Below are positions 9,390 through 19,077 of a stretch of DNA of 64,000 nucleotides, piece by piece. Source of the DNA: an uncultured Flavobacteriales bacterium. GTDB taxonomy: Bacteria > Bacteroidota > Bacteroidia > Flavobacteriales_D > Sanyastnellaceae. The translations under genes and the position numbers were made by a program. Every line of letters starts with the position of its first letter. Position 1 is the first letter of the stretch. The notes under the pieces are model-generated. The model was not told the DNA's origin, ran no database searches, and saw only the letters and a program-made list of their open reading frames with translations. The stretch lies in the NCBI GenBank assembly GCA_965661575.1, contig CBFIEJ010000003.1, forward strand, positions 7,492-71,491, in the 5' to 3' direction.

Positions 9390-10037
9390 GTGTCAAACTT
9401 TTCCACAGATTCAAGTGCCCGCAGTTCAATAGTCGGGTTAACCGGCGGCATAGGCAGCGGAAAATCCACCGTCGCTCATATCTTTTCCATGCTTGGCATT
9501 CATGTCTGGGATGCAGATTTAGCCGGGAGACGCCTGTATAGCGATAATCGGGAATTGCAAGATTGGGTGGTCCAAACCTTCGGTGAACAATGCGGTGTCT
9601 GGGTCAACGGCAAACTCAAAGGAATTGACCGATCCAAACTAGCTGAGGTGGTGTTTCACGATCCAGATGCCTTACAAGCGCTCAATGCCCAAGTGCATCC
9701 CTTGGTACGATCTGCGTTTAAGCAGTGGCATGAACAAGTTGATCGATTGCACCATGCACCTTACGTCATCCGCGAATCCGCCATTCTTTTCGAGAGCGGA
9801 GCTCATGAGGATTGTGCCCACGTGATCGCTGTTTCCGCAAACGAACCATTGCGCATCGAGCGAGTGAAGCAACGCGATGACACGAACGCAGATGAGATAA
9901 GATCACGGATGCGCGCGCAATTGTCTGACATCGAACGCATCAAAAGATCTGACTCTGAAATTCAGAACAACACGACTAGCTTGCTTCTGAAACAAGTTTT
10001 GGAAAACCATTTGGCCCTGAGCGCCGTTCTTTCCTAA
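9390..10037 (+). CDS. coaE: dephospho-CoA kinase
   Basis: P-loop IVGLTGGIGSGKSTV close to the N-terminus. Start set at in-frame GTG 9390, which has GACCTTTG 4 nt upstream. The track ORF from 9327 would overlap the rpe start. Confidence 0.82.
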   Translation: MSNFSTDSSARSSIVGLTGGIGSGKSTVAHIFSMLGIHVWDADLAGRRLYSDNRELQDWVVQTFGEQCGVWVNGKLKGIDRSKLAEVVFHDPDALQALNAQVHPLVRSAFKQWHEQVDRLHHAPYVIRESAILFESGAHEDCAHVIAVSANEPLRIERVKQRDDTNADEIRSRMRAQLSDIERIKRSDSEIQNNTTSLLLKQVLENHLALSAVLS

Positions 10038-10086
10038 TTCACTGTTCTTCTTTGGCTTCTTGACCAATTGCATCTAACTTTCCCAC

Positions 10087-10536
10087 ATGATATGGGAAGC
10101 ATGGCAGATTTGGACAGCAAGTGGATTGGCGCTGTTGATTCTCGAAGTTTTTATGCCTGGTTTTGTACTGGCCTGTCTCGGAATTGGGTCATTCGGTGCA
10201 GCGTTTGCTGCCTGGCTCGGCCTCGCATTCGAATGGCAAATAACAATCGCAGGACTCACCAGTTTACTCGCCTTCCTTTTCCTGCGCCCAGTCATGCTGA
10301 GAATGGGATTTTCAGGTGACGAAACGGTTTCAGGAACAGAAGCACTCATTGGAAAAGAAGTCGTGGTTACGCTCGATTTCGATGAACAAACTGGGTTGGG
10401 AAGGTGTAAAATTGATGGAGACGACTGGCGTGCTAAGTATAGTGAAACATACCAAGGTAATCGAGCTGAACTCGGCCAAGTCATGATCATCGAAGAAGTT
10501 AAAAGCAACACGCTCATTGTTGGTGCACGGCCTTGA
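10087..10536 (+). CDS. NfeD-family membrane protein
   Basis: N-terminal TM helices followed by a C-terminal OB-like NfeD domain (GKEVVVT...GRCKIDGDDWRAK...). Lies immediately upstream of an SPFH gene, the canonical pairing. Confidence 0.75.
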   Translation: MIWEAWQIWTASGLALLILEVFMPGFVLACLGIGSFGAAFAAWLGLAFEWQITIAGLTSLLAFLFLRPVMLRMGFSGDETVSGTEALIGKEVVVTLDFDEQTGLGRCKIDGDDWRAKYSETYQGNRAELGQVMIIEEVKSNTLIVGARP

Positions 10537-10569
10537 TGCGCTGGCAATTATGAACTAAAAAAAAACAAT

Positions 10570-11562
10570 ATGGCTGGAACAATCATTGCTACAATCTTTT
10601 TCCTCTTCATTGCGGTCATTGTCATTAAGGGTGTTCGAATTGTGAGGCAGAGTGAATCAGTGGTCATTGAGCGGTTGGGGAAATACCGCACCACATTGAA
10701 CGCGGGAATCAACATCATCATTCCTATCATTGATCGTCCACGAGATATTGCCTGGAGAGTCATTGCGCAGCGGCCTGACGGGTCGAAAATCACGCAATAC
10801 AAAATGAAAGATCGGGTCGATCTCCGTGAGACTGTTTTTGATTTCCCCAAACAAGGCGTCATCACCAAGGACAACGTGGTCACGGAAATAAATGCCTTGA
10901 TTTACTTCCAAATCATCGACCCCATCAAAGCTGTTTACGAGATTAACAACCTTCCGAATGCCATTGAAAAATTGACGCAAACAACCTTGCGAAATGTCAT
11001 CGGCGAACTGGAGCTGGACGAATGCCTCACCTCAAGAGATACGATCAACATGAAGCTTCGATCTATTCTAGATGAAGCAACGAACAAATGGGGCGTCAAA
11101 GTGAATCGTGTTGAACTGCAAGACATCAACCCTCCGGTGGACATCAAAGAAGCGATGGAAAAGCAAATGCGTGCCGAGCGTGCGCGCCGAGCCCAAATCA
11201 TTGAGGCCGAAGGCACAAAACGCGCCGCCATCCTCGAAGCCGAGGGACAAAAAGGAGCTGACATCAACGAAGCCGAGGGCCAAAAACAAGCCCGTATCCT
11301 AAAGGCAGAGGGTGAAGCAGAGGCGAGGCTGAAAGTAGCAGATGCAGAAGCCAAGGCAATCCAAACAGTCGCCGCGGCAGTTGAAGGAAGCAAAGCCGAC
11401 CCTACGCAATACCTCATTGCACTGAAGTACATCGACACTTTGGAAGAAATTTTGCGTGACGGCGGTGCTGGAAGCAAGACAGTATTTATGCCATACGAAG
11501 CGAGCGGACTCATGAGCAGTGTAGGTGGCATGAAAGAACTTTTGTCTGCGGCAAAAGACTGA
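10570..11562 (+). CDS. SPFH/band-7 (stomatin/paraslipin-like) protein
   Basis: N-terminal TM, SPFH core (VVIERLGKY..., ITKDNV..., LRNVIGELELDE) and an EA-rich coiled-coil tail (AEGTKRAAILEAEGQK...). Confidence 0.88.
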   Translation: MAGTIIATIFFLFIAVIVIKGVRIVRQSESVVIERLGKYRTTLNAGINIIIPIIDRPRDIAWRVIAQRPDGSKITQYKMKDRVDLRETVFDFPKQGVITKDNVVTEINALIYFQIIDPIKAVYEINNLPNAIEKLTQTTLRNVIGELELDECLTSRDTINMKLRSILDEATNKWGVKVNRVELQDINPPVDIKEAMEKQMRAERARRAQIIEAEGTKRAAILEAEGQKGADINEAEGQKQARILKAEGEAEARLKVADAEAKAIQTVAAAVEGSKADPTQYLIALKYIDTLEEILRDGGAGSKTVFMPYEASGLMSSVGGMKELLSAAKD

Positions 11563-12660
11563 TTGACAAGGTTTACTGAGTTGTTGGTTCAAACACACTT
11601 TCCACGGCGCTTGACCCGAGCTCGCTATGACCAGTACCTGGCCTCTGGCTGGTTCCGAGGTTCGGTCATGCTCTATAAAATGGATTTGTTGTGCATTGAT
11701 GCCAATGTTTTCTCTGTGGTCAACATCCGACTTGACTTGCAAAAACATAGCCTCAAAAAGCGCCATCGAAAACTCAAGCGTCGGGTGGAACAAAGGTTCA
11801 ATATTACGTACGGTCCAGCGAAGGTCACTCCCGACAAACAGAGACTTTATGAGCAACATAAATCGAAATTCAAAGGCTTCATTCATGAGACTTTAGAAGA
11901 ATACCTCTACGCCGGGTTTCATTCGACCGTTTTTGAGACCATGGAAATCTGCATCTACGATGATGATTGCCTCGTCGCGACATCCTTCTTCGACCTCGGT
12001 GACAAGAGCATGGCTTCATTGTTAGCCGTTTACGATGCCAACTACAATGCCTTTAGCCTCGGAACCTATACCATGTTGAAAGAAATTGAATTTGGCATTC
12101 AAACCGGACGGAAGCTCTATTACCCGGGCTATGTGCTTGATCTTCCCTCCCGCTTTGACTACAAGTTGGAATTGGGCGAAATGGAATATTACACGCCAAG
12201 CAAAAGATGGGGTAAGCATTCAAATTTCAATCCAGAAGAAACATTTGCTCATGCGTTGCGTGAACAGATGGAGTCCTTAAAGTCTGCCTTGAGAGATGAA
12301 AATATTGCTTTTAAAAACTGGTATTACCCTTACTTCAGCATGGGTTACATGCCTCTGTGGAAGGATCGTTTTCTCCACATGCCCTGGGTGCTTGAATTAG
12401 GTCATGACTTGGACGGCACGATGATGGCCGGATTTTGCCCTGAAAAAAAGGAGTTCATGCTTTGTCACGTGCAACCCTGTCCGGACGAGCAACACTTCAT
12501 CAACATGGAACAGTCAAATGAGTTCGACAATCCATCTGTCTACTTGATCCATCTGATGGAATATGGAGATAAAGTCACTTTTCAAAGCCTAAATGACCTG
12601 ATGCACGCCAACCGAATTTGGCAGCAACGGTTCGATAAATTACCCCCCACATGCGATTAG
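11563..12660 (+). CDS. arginyl/leucyl-tRNA--protein transferase-like protein (ATE_C / Bpt-like domain) with an extra C-terminal region of about 150 aa
   Basis: ATE_C-like core: SMASLLAVYDANYNAFSLGTYTMLKEIEFGIQTGRKLYYPGYVLDLPSRFDYKLELGEMEYY. There is no in-frame ATG before the conserved N-terminal block (YDQYLASGWFRG), so it must use a TTG start (11563 or 11587/11590) directly after the SPFH stop. Confidence 0.62.
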   Translation: MTRFTELLVQTHFPRRLTRARYDQYLASGWFRGSVMLYKMDLLCIDANVFSVVNIRLDLQKHSLKKRHRKLKRRVEQRFNITYGPAKVTPDKQRLYEQHKSKFKGFIHETLEEYLYAGFHSTVFETMEICIYDDDCLVATSFFDLGDKSMASLLAVYDANYNAFSLGTYTMLKEIEFGIQTGRKLYYPGYVLDLPSRFDYKLELGEMEYYTPSKRWGKHSNFNPEETFAHALREQMESLKSALRDENIAFKNWYYPYFSMGYMPLWKDRFLHMPWVLELGHDLDGTMMAGFCPEKKEFMLCHVQPCPDEQHFINMEQSNEFDNPSVYLIHLMEYGDKVTFQSLNDLMHANRIWQQRFDKLPPTCD

Positions 12661-13427
12661 CAACATGGAACGTAAACGGCTTGAGAGCCATCGTCAAGAA
12701 GAACTTCACAGAATCCCTTGAACGCATCGCAGCAGATGTGATTGGGCTTCAAGAAACAAAAGCCCAAGATGACCAGGTGCGCGAAGCTCTTTTCGGGCTT
12801 GAAGGCATTGAAGAATACCAACTCTTCTCAAGTTCGGCAATCAAGAAAGGTTATTCTGGAACGGCTATCCTGACCAAAACAACTCCGTTGAATGTGACAG
12901 CGGGGATTGGCATTGAAGAACTTGACACCGAAGGACGTGTTTTGCATGCTGAATTCGAAAGTTTTCACTTTGTCACAGTCTACACACCCAATTCCTCATC
13001 TGGGCTGAAGCGTTTGCCGTTTAGAAAAAAATGGGATGCAGCGTTCACATCCTACCTGATGGCCCTCGACGCCGCAAAGCCTGTGATTTGTTGCGGCGAC
13101 CTGAACGTCGCTCATCAACCCATTGACTTGGCAAGGCCTGATGCCAATTACAACAAAACTCCCGGATACACCCAAGACGAAATTGATGGCCTCTCACATC
13201 TTCTGAATCATGGTGATTTCATTGATGCTTGGCGTCACAATCACCCGGACGAGGTGGCGTACTCTTGGTGGAGTTATCGCGGAGGCGCTCGTGAAAAAAA
13301 TGTGGGGTGGCGCTTGGACTACATGTTGGCCAGCGCAAGACTAAAATCGGCCATCGAGACCTCTGAAATCCACCGTTTCATCGAAGGGTCTGATCACTGC
13401 CCTGTAACGCTTGATTTCCAGCCATAA
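12651..13427 (+). CDS. xth: exodeoxyribonuclease III
   Basis: MRLATWNVNGLRA, LQETK, CGDLNVAH and DHCPV motifs. Overlaps the upstream gene by 10 nt. Confidence 0.9.
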   Translation: MRLATWNVNGLRAIVKKNFTESLERIAADVIGLQETKAQDDQVREALFGLEGIEEYQLFSSSAIKKGYSGTAILTKTTPLNVTAGIGIEELDTEGRVLHAEFESFHFVTVYTPNSSSGLKRLPFRKKWDAAFTSYLMALDAAKPVICCGDLNVAHQPIDLARPDANYNKTPGYTQDEIDGLSHLLNHGDFIDAWRHNHPDEVAYSWWSYRGGAREKNVGWRLDYMLASARLKSAIETSEIHRFIEGSDHCPVTLDFQP

Positions 13428-13510
13428 TTTCCAAGCGTTCAACGGCAAACTTGACGTATCCTCTGATCCAAAACACAACTTCTTTGCTCTGAATTTAAAC
13501 AATAGAGAGC

Positions 13511-14185
13511 ATGAGGAAAGTGTTAGCAGGGGCATTCGCTCCATTTCTAGGAACGGTCATGGCGTTTGGTCAAACAAGTTGTGATGCGGATTTAAATGGT
13601 GATCAGATTGTTAATCTTGAAGATTTGTTGGGGATGCTGATTCATTATGGTGACAGTTGTACGAATGTGCCCGTTCAATTTCCGACGTTGGTGATTTCCG
13701 AAATTCACTACAATCCGAATTCTGCTCAAGGGAATGACAGCGATTGGGAATTTTTAGAACTCTTCAACCCCACTGACGAGACTGTGGCCCTGCTCGGCTG
13801 GAAATTAGACAATGCGATCAGCTTGAGCTTTTCAGAAGAAGACAGTATATCGGCGCAACAATTCGTATTGATTGCGCGCAATGCAGACACTCTGTCAATG
13901 GTGGTGCCTTCGGAAACAACGGTTTTTCAGTGGGACAGCGGAGGTAGCCTGAACAATTCAGGTGAAACCATAACCTTATTGAATCCGAATGAGGAAGTCG
14001 TCGTTTCCATCGCTTATGAAGACAACGACGGTTGGGTCGACCAACCGGACGGGGATGGGCCATCCCTCGAACTTATGGACTACCATCTCCCGAATGAAGA
14101 AGTCGCGTCATGGTCCGCTTCGTTCCTATTTGGGGGAACTCCAGGCGCTACCAATTCCATGTGGGGTTTGTCGGAAACGGAATGA
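13511..14185 (+). CDS. secreted lamin-tail-domain (LTD) protein with N-terminal dockerin/EF-hand-like repeat
   Basis: Signal peptide, DADLNGDQIVNLEDLLGMLIHYG, then an LTD pattern ISEIHYNPN...WEFLELFNPTDETVALLGWKL. Confidence 0.6.
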   Translation: MRKVLAGAFAPFLGTVMAFGQTSCDADLNGDQIVNLEDLLGMLIHYGDSCTNVPVQFPTLVISEIHYNPNSAQGNDSDWEFLELFNPTDETVALLGWKLDNAISLSFSEEDSISAQQFVLIARNADTLSMVVPSETTVFQWDSGGSLNNSGETITLLNPNEEVVVSIAYEDNDGWVDQPDGDGPSLELMDYHLPNEEVASWSASFLFGGTPGATNSMWGLSETE

Positions 14186-14186
14186 G

Positions 14187-16502
14187 TCAATCGAATTGAG
14201 CAGACTTTAAAGTCTGGAGTTTGCCCATAACTTGAACATCAATTGAATCTCCAGCGATCAACTGGACCTTCGTTTCTGTCTCATTGATTTCTACTGCGAT
14301 GAGTCGGTCTCTGAAGCAAACCTGAAAAGCAAGCTGGTTCCATTGTTGCGGAAGCCTGCCATCAAAGCAGGGAACACCTTTCCTAACCTTGAAACCACCA
14401 AATCCTTCCACGACCGCCAACCATGTTCCGGCCATTGACGTAATGTGCAGACCTTCGTGCACCTCGGCGTTGTAGTCATCGAGATCAAGTCTAGCCGTTC
14501 TGAGGTAATGAGAATATGCTTCGTCATCACGTTTCAAACGCGATGCAATCACCGCATGAACGCATGGCGATAAACTCGATTCATGCAAAGTCTTCGGCTC
14601 GTAAAACGAGTAATTCGCTTCAATTTGACTCAGCGAAAAATCATCCCAGAAAAAATAGAGGCCTTGAAGTACATCAGCCTGCTTGATGAACACGGAACGC
14701 AAAATGCGGTCCCAACTCCAATGCTGATTGATCGGACGCTCCAATGGATCCAAATCAATAGCCATAAGCTGCTCCTTATCCATGAAACCGTCTTGCTGTA
14801 GAAACACCTCTGACCCTTCGAGTTGCGGGTAATGCATTCCACGCACAATGGATGTCCAGTGTGCAGCTGACTTTTCAAAGTCAAATGACAAGCGCTCGGC
14901 CAAGCTTCGCCATTCTGCAGGATGACGCTCCATCAAGTCGGCCGCAACATCCTGCGTGTAACGCAGACACCACGACGCGATGTAATTCGTATACCAATTG
15001 TTGTTGACGTTGTTCTCGTATTCATTCGGCCCGGTAACACCAAGGATCACAAAAGCTTCTTTCGCTTGCGACCATTGGACACGTTGCTCCCAAAAGCGGG
15101 CGATTCCGAGTAACACTTCAAAACCATGTGTCTGCAGATAATCCCGATCACCCGTATAATTGACATAGTTCCAAATGGCATAGGCCATTGCACCATTGCG
15201 GTGGATTTCTTCAAACGTTATTTCCCACTCATTGTGGCACTCCTCACCATTCATGGTTACCATGGGAAATAATGCTGCACCGTCGGTGAAGCCTAATTTT
15301 TTTGCGTTGTCAATGGCCTTTTCCAGGTGGTTGAATCGATAGAGCAATAACTGCCGAGCAACCTTGCCTTCGTGGCCAGCGAGGTAAAATGGGAGACAAT
15401 ACGCCTCCGTATCCCAGTAGCTGGCACCTCCATACTTTTCACCTGTAAATCCCTTTGGACCAATGTTGAGCCGTGGGTCATCACCACGGTAAGTTTGATT
15501 CAAGTGAAAAACATTGAACCGGATGGCCTGCTGCGACGCAACATCTCCTTGGATGCGAATGTCGGCTCGGCTCCACACGTCAGACCATGCAGCAACGTGA
15601 TTTGATCTCAACTGATCGAAACCTTTTGACATTGCAGCGACAGCGATGCTCTTCGCATGTTTCGCGATGCTATTTACCTCCATTTGCAATGAAGTCAAGA
15701 CTCCGACAAATTTCTCAAGCACAACGGCGTCATTCTGCTCGAGATTGCAAGTGAATCCGCATTCAGTCCTTGCGTTCTGCGTGTCATGGCTGGCAACAGG
15801 AACTGAAATGAACTCCCCACCCTGGCGCAGGTGCACTCCATTGGCCATACTCAGCGCGGCGTGGAATCCTGACTTCTCCGTTTCGCTGTGCACGAAACCA
15901 TGGCCTTCTTCGTTTGCCTCAGCCGCGTGAAATGACCAAAAAGCATCATCCCAATTGGAATCTTCATTGTGCACATTACCATCGAGGTATGGCTTTAACT
16001 CGACAAGCATCGAATCCTTCAATGCCCTAATGGTGTAGCGCAATGCTGCGATCTCCGGTTGATCCATGGAACAAAAACGCTCCGTTTCAACCGAAAACAC
16101 TTGTCCTTTGCTCATTTCGACGACAAATGATCGGCGGAGAACGCCTTCGCGCATGTCGATCATCCATTCGAAATCACGAATGCTTTTGGCCGCGTTCAGG
16201 TCCAATCTTTCACCGTTCACGACAACATCAATTCCAATCCAATTCGTTGAATTTAGAACCTTCGCAAAGTAGTCGGGGTAACCGTTTTTCCACCATCCAA
16301 CACGTGTTTTATCCGGATAGTAGACGCCTGCCAAGTAAGATCCTTGCAGACTCTGGCCCGTGTAGTGCTCTTCGAAGTTTGCGCGCTGACCAAATCTTCC
16401 GTTTCCAATGGATAAAAGAGATTCAAACGTTGTCACCGCATCCGAATTCCAGCCAGATACTCCAACAATCCAATCATCCAGAAGACTCTGCTCCTCCATC
16501 AC
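14187..16502 (-). CDS. glycoside hydrolase family 65 disaccharide phosphorylase (maltose/trehalose/kojibiose phosphorylase type)
   Basis: 771 aa. GH65 catalytic-region pattern GVTGPNEYENNVNNNWYTN. Adjacent to beta-phosphoglucomutase, the canonical GH65 partner. Confidence 0.87.
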   Translation of the reverse strand: MMEEQSLLDDWIVGVSGWNSDAVTTFESLLSIGNGRFGQRANFEEHYTGQSLQGSYLAGVYYPDKTRVGWWKNGYPDYFAKVLNSTNWIGIDVVVNGERLDLNAAKSIRDFEWMIDMREGVLRRSFVVEMSKGQVFSVETERFCSMDQPEIAALRYTIRALKDSMLVELKPYLDGNVHNEDSNWDDAFWSFHAAEANEEGHGFVHSETEKSGFHAALSMANGVHLRQGGEFISVPVASHDTQNARTECGFTCNLEQNDAVVLEKFVGVLTSLQMEVNSIAKHAKSIAVAAMSKGFDQLRSNHVAAWSDVWSRADIRIQGDVASQQAIRFNVFHLNQTYRGDDPRLNIGPKGFTGEKYGGASYWDTEAYCLPFYLAGHEGKVARQLLLYRFNHLEKAIDNAKKLGFTDGAALFPMVTMNGEECHNEWEITFEEIHRNGAMAYAIWNYVNYTGDRDYLQTHGFEVLLGIARFWEQRVQWSQAKEAFVILGVTGPNEYENNVNNNWYTNYIASWCLRYTQDVAADLMERHPAEWRSLAERLSFDFEKSAAHWTSIVRGMHYPQLEGSEVFLQQDGFMDKEQLMAIDLDPLERPINQHWSWDRILRSVFIKQADVLQGLYFFWDDFSLSQIEANYSFYEPKTLHESSLSPCVHAVIASRLKRDDEAYSHYLRTARLDLDDYNAEVHEGLHITSMAGTWLAVVEGFGGFKVRKGVPCFDGRLPQQWNQLAFQVCFRDRLIAVEINETETKVQLIAGDSIDVQVMGKLQTLKSAQFD

Positions 16503-17155
16503 GCTCGAGCTAGCTGTTTCAAAATTGCTTCAAGAGTTAATCCTTTCAAGCTCCCATAATTGACGTGCGCGTCTTCTAAGCCATGGCCGACGCCAACAAC
16601 TTGAAATCCGCCAGCCAAAGCGGCCTCCACTCCTGATTGAGCATCTTCAAATACAAGGCATTGTTGCGGCGTCACGCTCATGGCCTGAGCAGCCTTTAAA
16701 AAGACCTCAGGATCTGGTTTCGACAACGTGATGTTGTTACCATCAACAATCGTATCAAAACGTGAAGTTAGGTTCAGCTTATCGAGGATCATATGCGCAT
16801 TCTTTGACGAGCTGCCAAGCCCAATGCTCACGTTCAATCCGGCCATTTCATCCATCAGAGATACAATACCGGGCAGGACATCGCCTGGCGATGTACCCTT
16901 CGCTAAATTCAAATACAGCTTATTCTTCCGATCCATCAGTCGAAGCTTGGTTGCCGAATCCAACATCAAGTCCCCCTTCTGCAATATGTACTCAAGACTG
17001 TCGACACGAGAGACGCCCTTGAGTCGATGGTTGTCCTCTTCCGTGAAGGGAACGACCAATTCATCCGCTAGCTTTTTCCAGGCTGCAAAGTGATGCCGTG
17101 CTGTATCGACAATGACACCGTCCAAGTCAAAAATGCAAGCCTTGAGATTGAGCAT
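16499..17155 (-). CDS. pgmB: beta-phosphoglucomutase
   Basis: HAD motif I FDLDGVIVDT, LKGVSRVDSLEYIL and FEDAQSGVEAA. Overlaps the GH65 start by 4 nt. Confidence 0.87.
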   Translation of the reverse strand: MLNLKACIFDLDGVIVDTARHHFAAWKKLADELVVPFTEEDNHRLKGVSRVDSLEYILQKGDLMLDSATKLRLMDRKNKLYLNLAKGTSPGDVLPGIVSLMDEMAGLNVSIGLGSSSKNAHMILDKLNLTSRFDTIVDGNNITLSKPDPEVFLKAAQAMSVTPQQCLVFEDAQSGVEAALAGGFQVVGVGHGLEDAHVNYGSLKGLTLEAILKQLARA

Positions 17156-17156
17156 A

Positions 17157-18020
17157 TTACGCGACGTTGAGTATGTAATCTAGGTGATACTTTGCAAGAC
17201 CATCAATTGGACGCTTGATGATTTGTCCCACTTGGATTTCCTCGCGCGCACACACGTGACGCAAGACGTCCTGAAAATGATATGCAACAGAACCGACAAA
17301 ATGAACGGGGCATTCCTGATACCCTTCGTAGCATTTGATATGAACATCGACAAAAGCCTGGAAGCCTTCTTCCAACAGTGAAATGATCTGTGGAACCTCC
17401 TGATGCCTTCCCAAAAAGGTCATGAACGAAGCCAGAAAGACATTGGCATCTTGCTCTTGGTAAACACGATTCACAATGTCATCCTTCTCAAAATTGAAAG
17501 TGGAACGAAAGTCTATGTCCACAACCGGATCAAGCTTATGGTAAAGATGAAGCGCTAACAAACGCTTTCCAAACCAAGAGCCACTTGCCTCGTCGCCCAA
17601 AATATAAGCCAATGCAGGGACCTCTTCCCGCGTAACCTTTCCATCAAAATGACAAGAATTTGAACCTGTGCCTATGATGCACGTAATGGCGGGCTCGCCA
17701 CTGTATGTGCTGAACGCCGCGCCGTCAAGGTCGTGGCCTACGTGAATTTTAGCGGAAGGAAAAACGCGCCCTAGACCAGTTGCAATGATTTGGCACAACC
17801 CTTCTGAACTGCTTCCAGCTCCGTAAAAATAAACTCGATCAACATCTGAAGCAATGCTCATAGCTTCCGCGGATTCCGTCATTTTCGCTTCGACCAAGTC
17901 AGCATCATGGAAGTATGGGTTGAAGCCCATGGTGTGAAATTCCGTGATTGTTTCACCTGACCCGTCTATAAGCATCCAATCGCATTTGGTTGAACCGCTA
18001 TCCGCTATTAAAATCTTCAT
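17157..18020 (-). CDS. BadF/BadG/BcrA/BcrD-type ATPase, N-acetylglucosamine-kinase-like sugar kinase (probable glucokinase role here)
   Basis: MKILIADSGSTKCDW..., IIGTGSNS. 287 aa and 1 nt from pgmB. Confidence 0.62.
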   Translation of the reverse strand: MKILIADSGSTKCDWMLIDGSGETITEFHTMGFNPYFHDADLVEAKMTESAEAMSIASDVDRVYFYGAGSSSEGLCQIIATGLGRVFPSAKIHVGHDLDGAAFSTYSGEPAITCIIGTGSNSCHFDGKVTREEVPALAYILGDEASGSWFGKRLLALHLYHKLDPVVDIDFRSTFNFEKDDIVNRVYQEQDANVFLASFMTFLGRHQEVPQIISLLEEGFQAFVDVHIKCYEGYQECPVHFVGSVAYHFQDVLRHVCAREEIQVGQIIKRPIDGLAKYHLDYILNVA

Positions 18021-18059
18021 ATGATCAAATTTAAATAATCTAAAAGTCAGCCACTCAAA

Positions 18060-19043
18060 TCAGAGTCGCTGCACTAAATCGGCGACGCGTGTAGCATAAC
18101 CAGCCTCATTGTCGTACCAACCAAAAACCTTCACCGTATTGCCCATTGCGACGGTTAGACCCGAATCAAAAATGCAACTGTGCGGGTTTCCAACGATGTC
18201 AACAGAGACCAAAGGATCAGCTGAGAACTCCAACACACCATTCATTGCTCCATCAGCTGCAGACTTCATCGCGGCATTGACTTCTTCTGCAGTCACGTTG
18301 CGACTCAAGGTAGCTGTCAAATCCGTGATTGACCCGGTCGGCGTCGGAACGCGAACGGCCAAACCGTCCAGCTTTCCAGCCAGTGATGGCAGCACGAGAC
18401 CTACCGCTTTTGCAGCACCCGTGGATGTTGGAATCATAGACAAAGCAGCTGCGCGAGCTCGACGCAAATCCTTGTGGGGGGCATCTTGCAAGCGTTGGTC
18501 GGCAGTGTAAGCATGAATGGTAGTGATCAAGCCGTGCTCCAAACCAAATGTGTCGTTCAACACCTTAGCCATTGGGGCGAGGCAATTGGTCGTGCAAGAG
18601 GCATTGGAAACAATCTGATCATCGTTGGTCAGGATTTCATCGTTCACACCCAACACAACTGTTTTCAAGTCCCCTTTCGCCGGAGCGGAAATCACAACTT
18701 TCTTTGCCCCCGCCTCGATGTGCTTTGATGCACCATCCTTTGAAGCAAAAACACCGGTTGATTCGACCACAACATCTATCTCATGGCTCGACCAAGGCAA
18801 ATCAGATGGATTGCGTTCAGCACTGATGTGAACCACATTTCCGTTGATTTTGAGATTGCCTGCTTCCACTTCAACAGTGCCGTCAAAACGACCGTGGATG
18901 GAGTCGAACTTTAACAAGTGAGCCAAAGTCTCAACATTGGTCAGGTCATTGATGGCAACGACATTCAAATCCGAGCGATGTAACATCTGACGAAATGCCA
19001 AACGTCCGATGCGGCCGAAGCCATTGATAGCAACTTTTTTCAT
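18060..19043 (-). CDS. gap: type I glyceraldehyde-3-phosphate dehydrogenase
   Basis: MKKVAINGFGRIGR and SNASCTTNCLAP. Start moved to ATG 19043; the 25 extra codons of the track ORF are non-homologous and would overlap pfkA. Confidence 0.93.
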   Translation of the reverse strand: MKKVAINGFGRIGRLAFRQMLHRSDLNVVAINDLTNVETLAHLLKFDSIHGRFDGTVEVEAGNLKINGNVVHISAERNPSDLPWSSHEIDVVVESTGVFASKDGASKHIEAGAKKVVISAPAKGDLKTVVLGVNDEILTNDDQIVSNASCTTNCLAPMAKVLNDTFGLEHGLITTIHAYTADQRLQDAPHKDLRRARAAALSMIPTSTGAAKAVGLVLPSLAGKLDGLAVRVPTPTGSITDLTATLSRNVTAEEVNAAMKSAADGAMNGVLEFSADPLVSVDIVGNPHSCIFDSGLTVAMGNTVKVFGWYDNEAGYATRVADLVQRL

Positions 19044-19077
19044 ATTAATAGGGGAATGTTTCAATAGATGGGACCAA

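Noticed and set aside
10935-11886. Minus-strand ORFs of 198 aa and 195 aa (10935-11531, 11299-11886)
   Set aside because: They are antisense shadows of the SPFH coiled-coil (Ala/Ser-rich mirror of an EA-rich tail) and of the ATE-like gene. The sense genes are well supported.
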